Source of the DNA: Psychrobacter sp. HD31
GTDB lineage: Bacteria > Pseudomonadota > Gammaproteobacteria > Pseudomonadales > Moraxellaceae
NCBI RefSeq assembly: GCF_051097895.1
Contig: NZ_CP142525.1
Coordinates: 1,860,001-1,892,000, forward strand
DNA length: 32,000 nt
Direction of reading: 5' to 3'
Shown here: positions 25,411-32,000 of the stretch, piece after piece
Layout: each line of letters opens with the position of its first letter
Numbering within the stretch: the first letter of the stretch is position 1
Translations under genes and position numbers: made by a program
The notes under the pieces: model-generated
Seen by the model: the letters and a program-made list of their open reading frames with translations, nothing else
What the model was told of the DNA's origin: nothing
The model's database searches: none

Positions 25411-25932
25411 TTGCAAACAAAAAAAGAAGGATTCACCCTGATAGAAATGCTGGTGACACTAACAATTTTAGCTGTCATAAGTGTTTTTGCTTACCCACTG
25501 TTTACGAACCAGTTAACAAATATAGAAGCTAGCAAAGTTAAACGCATGGTTGTGACAACATTAAAAGAGGCAAAAGCAAGTAGCTATGCTTATCGTACAA
25601 ATGTTCTGGTTTGTTTTTTAGATGAAAATAATCGTTGCCAAAAAATGGGTAATCAACGTTTAGTTTCTTTTTATGATAAAAATAATAATAAAAAATATGA
25701 CATGAATACAGACAGCCTTATTACCAGTAATCCATTGTCATTAAAATATGGAAAACTGAGGTTGCAGGCAGGTAGCCGTGATTATATTCGTTTTGCTGCA
25801 GAAACAGGTATGCCGCGCGGTCACTTTGGTAATATTAAATATTGCACTAACCAAAAAAGAACGATTCAGCAGTTTAAAATTACGTTTAATCAAACAGGCA
25901 AATTTACTGTTACTAATTTATCTGAGTGTTAG
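25411..25932 (+). CDS. Type IV pilus minor pilin / pseudopilin of the FimT/GspH family
   Basis: The prepilin leader and class III signal are (TTG)QTKKEG-FTLIEMLVTLTILAVISVFAYP. AAGGA lies 8 nt upstream of the TTG. The 173-aa size and the C-terminal Cys fit FimT/GspH-like minor pilins. Confidence 0.75.
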   Translation: MQTKKEGFTLIEMLVTLTILAVISVFAYPLFTNQLTNIEASKVKRMVVTTLKEAKASSYAYRTNVLVCFLDENNRCQKMGNQRLVSFYDKNNNKKYDMNTDSLITSNPLSLKYGKLRLQAGSRDYIRFAAETGMPRGHFGNIKYCTNQKRTIQQFKITFNQTGKFTVTNLSEC

Positions 25933-26088
25933 TTTAGAAAATTTAGATTAGTAACTATATTATCCAAAAATATATAGCTCACAAAATTTAATTCATTTAT
26001 GTGTGGTTTATAAGTTACGGTTTATGCGTGTATCTTTATCTATTATAATGTCTGCACATTTTTATATTACGACTATCTTATATCATTT

Positions 26089-27156
26089 ATGAATATTACT
26101 TTTTTAAAGCAACTGCCAGCTAAAGCGGATGATGTTAGCAACTTTAATGATAGCAAAGGCTTTGTATTAACTATTGGTAACTTTGATGGCTTGCATTTAG
26201 GGCATCAAGCAATGTTAAAACAAACCATTGAGTTGGCAACAGCTAATAATCTGGCGACGGCAGTTATGGTGTTTGAACCTATGCCTAAGGAGTATTTTTC
26301 TCCTAAAACGGCACCTGCAAGATTAATGAACTTGGCAGAAACAAAATTTGTTTTTAGTCGTTTTTCTCATATTGACAAAGGTGTTGATCAGCTTTTTGTT
26401 GTTGATTTTGATGAAGCCTTTCGCTCTTTATCTGCGCATGAGTTTGCTGACATGCTAGAAAATCAGTTGAATGTGAAAGCAGTTGTATTAGGTGATGATT
26501 TCCGTTTTGGACATGACCGAGCTGGTAATAGTGAGTTTTTAAAACAGTATGGATTTTTTGTTGAATCACTGAGTACCGTCAAAGATATTAAGCAAAACCA
26601 TGAACGAATAAGCTCAACTCGTATACGAACCCTTTTAGCCAAAGGTGACTTGGATAAGGCAAGTGAACTACTAGGACGTGATTATGAGATGATTGGTGAG
26701 GTGCAGCATGGTGATAAGATTGGTCGTACGCTAGATTTTCCTACAGCAAATGTTGCGCTTAACCGAATCCAGCCAGCTTTACATGGTGTGTTTGCGGTTG
26801 ATGTGCAAATTTTAGATGAATTTGGTCATGTTGTGGAAAATGGTTGGGAACAAGTGGGTGAAAGCTCTATTAATGGAGAGCAAAAAGTAGGGATAAGAGG
26901 GTTAGCACCTAATTCTTTATTTGGTACAGCAAATATTGGCATACGTCCCGCGGTTAATGACTTAGTTGATAGGTTAGATTGGCGATTAGAAGTTCACTTT
27001 CCTGAATTTAAAGCAGACTTGTACGGCAAAATATTAAAAGTTCGATTCTTGTACTATTTGCATGGGGAAAGAAAATATGATGGGCTTGAAGCTTTGAAGG
27101 CGGGAATCAAACAAGATGTCATCGACTTGTTGGCGTGGAGAAAAGAGCAATCATAA
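26089..27156 (+). CDS. ribF: Bifunctional riboflavin kinase / FMN adenylyltransferase RibF
   Basis: The FAD synthetase motif is GNFDGLHLGHQAM. The riboflavin kinase motifs are GDKIGRTLDFPTANV, GVFAV and NIGIRP. Confidence 0.92.
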   Translation: MNITFLKQLPAKADDVSNFNDSKGFVLTIGNFDGLHLGHQAMLKQTIELATANNLATAVMVFEPMPKEYFSPKTAPARLMNLAETKFVFSRFSHIDKGVDQLFVVDFDEAFRSLSAHEFADMLENQLNVKAVVLGDDFRFGHDRAGNSEFLKQYGFFVESLSTVKDIKQNHERISSTRIRTLLAKGDLDKASELLGRDYEMIGEVQHGDKIGRTLDFPTANVALNRIQPALHGVFAVDVQILDEFGHVVENGWEQVGESSINGEQKVGIRGLAPNSLFGTANIGIRPAVNDLVDRLDWRLEVHFPEFKADLYGKILKVRFLYYLHGERKYDGLEALKAGIKQDVIDLLAWRKEQS

Positions 27157-27184
27157 TAAAAAATGACTCAGATTACCACTGATA

Positions 27185-27212
27185 AAAAGACCTTGCGATC
27201 GCAAGGTCTTTT
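27185..27212. terminator. Bidirectional terminator between ribF and mdh
   Basis: The sequence AAAAGACCTTGCGATCGCAAGGTCTTTT contains a 20-bp perfect palindrome flanked by A and T runs. Confidence 0.85.
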
Positions 27213-27233
27213 AGTATTAACGTCAGTTTAAAA

Positions 27234-28217
27234 TTATGGCAGTAGGTGCGCAACAGCGTCACGCTCTTCAGCAAGTTCTTGTTCAGTTGCTTTCATTTTT
27301 TCTTGTGAGAAGTCTGAAGATACATCAACACCTTCTACAATTGTCCAGTCGCCATCTTTACATGTGCAAGGGAATGAATAGATAAGACCTTCTTGAATGC
27401 CATACTCACCTTGTGAGTATACAGCCATTGATACCCATTCACCCTCTGCTGTGCCTAGTGCCCAATCACGCATGTGTGCGATGGCTGCATTACCAGCAGA
27501 AGCTGCAGATGAAGCACCACGTGCTTTAATAATGGCTGCGCCACGTTGTTGCACGTCTGGGATATAAGTACCTTCGTACCATTCACGTTCAACTTGTTCT
27601 AGAGCAGGTTTGCCGTTAACAGAGCATTGGCTTAAATCTGGATATTGAGTTGAAGAGTGGTTACCCCAAATAATCATTTTATCGATATCATTAACAGTGC
27701 TGTTTGTTTGCTCAGCTAGTTGAGCCATACCACGGTTGTGGTCTAGGCGAGTCATTGCAGTAAAGTTGCGTGGGTTTAAATCTGGAGCATTACGTTGAGC
27801 AATGAGTGAGTTTGTGTTTGCAGGGTTACCTACAACAAGTACTTTAACGTCGCGGCTTGCTACATCGTTTAGTGCTTTACCTTGAGCAGAGAAAATAGCA
27901 GCGTTTGCTTCTAATAAGTCTTTACGCTCCATACCAGGACCACGAGGACGAGCACCAACAAGTAAAGCATAGTCTGCATCTTTAAATGCAACATTTGCAT
28001 CATCTGTTTGTACAATGCCAGCTAATAGAGGGAATGCACAGTCTTCAAGTTCCATGACAACGCCTTTAAGCGCATCAAGAGCTGGTGTGATTTCTAATAG
28101 TTGTAGAATAACAGGTTGGTCCTTGCCTAGCATCTCGCCAGAAGCAATACGGAAAAGCATGGCATAGCTGATATTCCCTGCTGCGCCTGTAACAGCAACA
28201 CGTACTGGTGATTTCAT
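27234..28217 (-). CDS. mdh: Malate dehydrogenase (LDH-like, 327-aa type)
   Basis: The NAD-binding N-terminus is [25 protein letters not shown]. The substrate and catalytic region reads MTRLDHNR and [12 protein letters not shown]. Confidence 0.93.
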   Translation of the reverse strand: MKSPVRVAVTGAAGNISYAMLFRIASGEMLGKDQPVILQLLEITPALDALKGVVMELEDCAFPLLAGIVQTDDANVAFKDADYALLVGARPRGPGMERKDLLEANAAIFSAQGKALNDVASRDVKVLVVGNPANTNSLIAQRNAPDLNPRNFTAMTRLDHNRGMAQLAEQTNSTVNDIDKMIIWGNHSSTQYPDLSQCSVNGKPALEQVEREWYEGTYIPDVQQRGAAIIKARGASSAASAGNAAIAHMRDWALGTAEGEWVSMAVYSQGEYGIQEGLIYSFPCTCKDGDWTIVEGVDVSSDFSQEKMKATEQELAEERDAVAHLLP

Positions 28218-28403
28218 TAAAAGCTCCTTGTAGCATCTATTTAGTTTTGCAAAAGTGCGTTAAAAAAATTTTATTCGCTAATTTTATTCAATAAGCAATT
28301 CCCTAGTCTATACCACTCGTATTCAAAGGTCTAGGGATTTTGTTGTTTGCTGAAAATTTAATGCTACTAAAAGAAGATGATACAAGGGGATTTGTAAAGC
28401 TAT

Positions 28404-29090
28404 TTAATGTCCGTAAATTAAATAGTTCTTTGGACAATTATCTACTTTTTTATCGCAGGCACTGTATTTGCCATTTTTATAACAAAAATTGATTTGAGCC
28501 AACACCGCCTGATTTTTTGAGTTGTTTTTACAGATTAAATCAATGTTATTAGGTGACATGTTTTTATTTGAGGACAATAGCTGTTGCATAAAACGAGTTT
28601 TATTAACACGGTAGTTATTACCAGAACTCAGCTCTTTAGGTAGCGTTAAGTTTTTTGCACGGCGGTTTAATTGACGAAAGTATTCATTTGCAGTTAATGA
28701 GCTACATTTACCATAGGTTTGCCAAATACGCTTTTGCGTTTTTTTGTCTGGTATATAACGCGCAACCAATTTTTGCTGTAAGGGGGATAATTTAAATGCT
28801 GTGTTTGAACTACAGTATCTATCATAACCGATATCATACCCTTTAATAGTAATAGGGTGACCATCGGCACATTGTCTGGTTTTATTTTTGCTAAAGAAAT
28901 TTAACCGACAAACGGCTGCAGACATTTCTACTTTTAAAACTTCTTTGGTTGGTTTTTGTGCGGCGTGAGCATGTGTAGCAGTTGTAGAAAAAGGCGCTAT
29001 TGTTATAAAAACAAATAATGAGCGCATAAAAGCAGTGTTTAAACCATGCTGCTTTTTTAACTTTTCAAGTGTGTGAATAAATGCCATCAT
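28404..29090 (-). CDS. Secreted RNase T2-like protein with apparently degenerate catalytic motifs
   Basis: A signal peptide runs from the internal Met (MRSLFVFITIAPFSTTATHAHA), so the real start may be 29027. The Cys spacing and local motifs resemble RNase T2/RNase I. ITIKGYD sits where (F/L)T(I/V)HGLWP is expected, and RIWQTYGKCSS where HEWxKHGTC is expected. The alignment is by eye only. Confidence 0.45.
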   Translation of the reverse strand: MMAFIHTLEKLKKQHGLNTAFMRSLFVFITIAPFSTTATHAHAAQKPTKEVLKVEMSAAVCRLNFFSKNKTRQCADGHPITIKGYDIGYDRYCSSNTAFKLSPLQQKLVARYIPDKKTQKRIWQTYGKCSSLTANEYFRQLNRRAKNLTLPKELSSGNNYRVNKTRFMQQLLSSNKNMSPNNIDLICKNNSKNQAVLAQINFCYKNGKYSACDKKVDNCPKNYLIYGH

Positions 29091-29236
29091 CGTCTTCTAG
29101 GCTAAACTTATTTCATTTAAATATTACTAAAATTATAGAGTAATAATGAGTAGATATTTAATTTAAAAACATACTTTATGGTCACAGGTTTTCCTTTTTC
29201 AATGCAAATGTTTTATTAATTTTAACTTTTCTACTT

Positions 29237-31246
29237 TTATTGGCTCCACACGGTACCCATACGCTTACTAATTGGTTTTGGTTGACCAAGTAATGTGCCA
29301 TAGATGGTTGAATTTTCCATCACTCTTTTTACATAGTTTCGTGTTTCTGGATAAGCAATGGTTTCTACGTATTGGTCGGCAGGCAAGCTATTATAAACAG
29401 GCAACCAACGCTTTGCCTTGTTTGGACCTGCGTTATAACCGGCAGTTGCTACGGTTGGTTGATAATTGAGTTCGCCCATGATGTAGCCCATATACCAGGT
29501 GCCATAGCGGATGTTAGTATCACCATTGTTAACACGGTTTTTACTATAAGGTTCTCCCAGTTTACGGGCAACAAATTTACCCGTAGAAGGCATAATTTGC
29601 ATTAAACCACTAGCACCAACGCCAGAACGAGCACCAACATTAAAGCGACTTTCTTGGCGCATAATGCCATAAGCCCAAGCAGGGTCTATATTGGCGTTAT
29701 TAGAATAACGTACAACACTATTTTGATGAGGCATTGGGTGGGATAGTTTCATATCTTGCGTGGCACCGCCAACTTGCTCCATTGCATAAATTGAGCGGTC
29801 AAGCCAGCCCTTTTCGTTAGCGATTTTAGCTGCTGATAATACCATGCTTTTATCGCCATTATTAAGTGCCTGTTTAACACCCCAGTTCCATTCACGGTTG
29901 GCATATCGCCTATCTGCTTTGGCATCATATAGGGCGAAGGCACGGGCAAAGCTTGGATTATCCATGACACGAAAACGATCAGAGTTACTGATATGGGTAT
30001 TTGAATTACTAGATAGATGTTTACCGACTTTGTCTTGTGATAAAAATCCGTAATAATCATTGGTGCTGGCTAATGCATCATAAATATTATTTGCTAAATG
30101 ATGGTGATTGTTATCGGATGAGTTTTCGTAGGCTCTTGCAAGCCAATATTGCCATTTTGGTTGTTGTTGTTGTTCTGGGCTCATTTGGGTAATAGCGATG
30201 TTTAAATCGTCCCATTCACTGTAGCGAATAGCGGCTTGGGCATAGTCTTCGGCTTCTTCATAGTTAAACGATACATTGCTACTTTTACGAAACCAATCAA
30301 CAGCTTCTTGACTAAAACCATCATCTGTATTCATGTTCATGCGTTTAACGGCAATGGTGCGATACGCGTGCTGGCGAGTTTCATCAGACAATAAGTGTTG
30401 GCTTCGAGCATTATCCTGGCGGATGTCATAATCAAGTTGCATCGCAGCCTCACGGTATGATTTGTCAGTTAACCTACCAATGGCATAAAGATATAAGTAT
30501 TGATTGACATCATTATAGGGTTCATAAGCCATACGGCTCATAAAGCCAGTAGGGTTTAATTGAATTTCTGACAGTTGTGAGTAGCCAATGGTATTACCAA
30601 GCGAACTTGATAATGCCAAAATATCGCCAGTTTTGCCTTTACGTAACATGCGGTACAGACGATCTTTTTTATCTTGTTGGTTGACAACATAACTATGGGT
30701 AAGCTCAGTAGCAAACTGCTCGCATAATGCAGGTTGTTTGTGCGTGTTTAACCAAACTTCTTGTTTAGCAAGCGATAACTGCATGCTATCACCACCATGA
30801 AGGTTGCCAAGTGCAATGGCACAGTTCTCACTTTTATCGGCATTGGTTATATAGGAGGAAACTTGTCTGACAGTTGCGTAGTCACCAGTGCTTGCTTTTG
30901 ATTCGGCATAGTCAGCAACCAGTTTTTCTGCCATGACAGTGTTTGGGTACTGTTGCACAAAGTTGATGACCGCGTTTGGGTGCAGGCTGTTGATATCATT
31001 ATTTAAACGCCAGTAAGTTGGGTACATGGCAAACAAACTACCACTCATCATTTGTTCGTAAGTATATAGGGCATTGATATCACCACTATCGCCAGCGCGC
31101 TGAGCATCTGTAAAATAACTCACACCGTTGTCATAGTCATTTTGAGCCATGGCGGTTTGGGTAATAGTCGCACTAGCAACTAAAGAGACAATTGGTATTA
31201 GCAACCATTTTTTATTTTGAGTTTTTTTATTAACAGCTGCTTGCAT
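29237..31246 (-). CDS. slt: Soluble lytic murein transglycosylase (Slt70-like)
   Basis: The preferred start is ATG 31246, with AGGAG 5 nt upstream; the longest ORF reaches 31300. The signal peptide is WLLIPIVSLVASATITQTAMA. It has a superhelical N-terminal domain and an SLT catalytic domain (GIMRQESRFN, SGLMQIMPSTG, AGYNAGPNKAKRW). Confidence 0.9.
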   Translation of the reverse strand: MQAAVNKKTQNKKWLLIPIVSLVASATITQTAMAQNDYDNGVSYFTDAQRAGDSGDINALYTYEQMMSGSLFAMYPTYWRLNNDINSLHPNAVINFVQQYPNTVMAEKLVADYAESKASTGDYATVRQVSSYITNADKSENCAIALGNLHGGDSMQLSLAKQEVWLNTHKQPALCEQFATELTHSYVVNQQDKKDRLYRMLRKGKTGDILALSSSLGNTIGYSQLSEIQLNPTGFMSRMAYEPYNDVNQYLYLYAIGRLTDKSYREAAMQLDYDIRQDNARSQHLLSDETRQHAYRTIAVKRMNMNTDDGFSQEAVDWFRKSSNVSFNYEEAEDYAQAAIRYSEWDDLNIAITQMSPEQQQQPKWQYWLARAYENSSDNNHHHLANNIYDALASTNDYYGFLSQDKVGKHLSSNSNTHISNSDRFRVMDNPSFARAFALYDAKADRRYANREWNWGVKQALNNGDKSMVLSAAKIANEKGWLDRSIYAMEQVGGATQDMKLSHPMPHQNSVVRYSNNANIDPAWAYGIMRQESRFNVGARSGVGASGLMQIMPSTGKFVARKLGEPYSKNRVNNGDTNIRYGTWYMGYIMGELNYQPTVATAGYNAGPNKAKRWLPVYNSLPADQYVETIAYPETRNYVKRVMENSTIYGTLLGQPKPISKRMGTVWSQ

Positions 31247-31532
31247 AACGGCTCCTAACGCTTTATTGAGATGATTATAAGTTGAGAATAAAATGCTCAT
31301 ACAAAAATCATATTAGCGTATGTCTATTTATGTTTTATCTTTTCTATTTTATGTAAATTATTATAAACAATAATAGCAAGATATTGTTGCTATTTTGTCA
31401 ATGTTAGGTAGTGGTTATTTTAATTGAAGATAAGTTACAAAAAGCTTATGTATTTATGCGATGATAAAATTAAGCAGTTTTAAATTATGTTATAATTAAA
31501 GGTCGTTGTTTTTTTGAACCTGTCTGTTATTA

Positions 31533-32000
31533 ATGGATTTTTTATCTATGAGTGCCACTGTATTTAACCCAAAATTTGATGCGAAACCAGCTACCCAAAA
31601 AGTAGTAAACAATCAAAAGATTGCTATCGACAATATTGAGGTAGACAAAAACTTGCATGCTGAAAAAACTAAAAAAGTTTTTATTAGCACGCAAGGTTGT
31701 CAAATGAATGAATATGACTCAGAAAAAATGGGTGATGTACTGGGTGACTCTCATGGCATGATTATAACCAATAATATTGATGAAGCAGATGTTTTGATTA
31801 TGAATACCTGCTCGATTAGAGAAAAAGCGCAAGAAAAAGTATTTAGTCAACTTGGGCGTTGGCGTAAGCTAAAAGAGAAGAACCCCGATTTGGTTATTGG
31901 TGTTGGTGGCTGTGTGGCATCACAAGAAGGGCAAAATATCCAAAAAAGAGCGCCCTATGTGGATATGATTTTTGGTCCGCAAACCTTGCACCGTTTACCA
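31533..32000 (+). CDS. miaB: tRNA-2-methylthio-N6-dimethylallyladenosine synthase MiaB, N-terminal part; continues past the window end
   Basis: It is absent from the ORF track because it is open at the window end. Translation gives (MDFLS)[10 protein letters not shown]...[24 protein letters not shown]...[46 protein letters not shown], typical of the MiaB UPF0004 domain. The alternative start is ATG 31548. Confidence 0.9.
   Translation, partial: MDFLSMSATVFNPKFDAKPATQKVVNNQKIAIDNIEVDKNLHAEKTKKVFISTQGCQMNEYDSEKMGDVLGDSHGMIITNNIDEADVLIMNTCSIREKAQEKVFSQLGRWRKLKEKNPDLVIGVGGCVASQEGQNIQKRAPYVDMIFGPQTLHRLP

Noticed and set aside
30160-30174. A (GTT)5 repeat inside slt, encoding a Gln run on the minus strand, was considered as a possible phase-variation tract.
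   Set aside because: A trinucleotide repeat keeps the reading frame, so slippage would only change the Gln count. It is not a phase switch.
1-32000. The whole window was scanned for tRNA, rRNA, CRISPR arrays, IS elements, transposases, integrases, prophage genes and known defence enzymes.
   Set aside because: I saw no cloverleaf-like sequences, spaced direct repeats, terminal inverted repeats with a transposase ORF, or recognisable recombinase, nuclease or ATPase defence motifs. All large ORFs are accounted for by the features listed.

Overview
This 32-kb window is low-GC chromosomal DNA, roughly 40% by eye. It is most likely from a Moraxellaceae gammaproteobacterium, because the major porin at 23791-25038 closely resembles Moraxella catarrhalis OMP CD and Acinetobacter OmpA. 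Most of the window is ordinary core genome. Recognisable genes are murJ (partial), ampD, an OmpR-family two-component system, cytochrome b561, minCDE, yihG-like acyltransferase, an OmpA-family lipoprotein, typA/bipA, ribF, mdh, slt and miaB (partial). There is also a Fur-controlled cluster of three lipoproteins (imelysin, DUF1111 di-haem protein, imelysin-like). I found no tRNA or rRNA genes, CRISPR arrays, IS elements, integrases or recognisable defence enzymes. I do not see a convincing complete novel multi-gene system. The best candidates for something undescribed, in order: (1) a very AT-rich three-gene islet of unknown function between ampD and murJ (799-2381), including two divergent paralogous membrane-anchored proteins; (2) a membrane protein downstream of minC that looks like a voltage-sensor domain with no pore; (3) a secreted RNase T2-like protein whose catalytic residues appear to be replaced; (4) an outer-membrane protein that fuses a DUF4105 (Lnb_N-like) domain to a beta-barrel, abutted by an SDR gene and followed by a 358-aa orphan protein. 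All protein-family calls come from reading motifs by eye, because no searches could be run.
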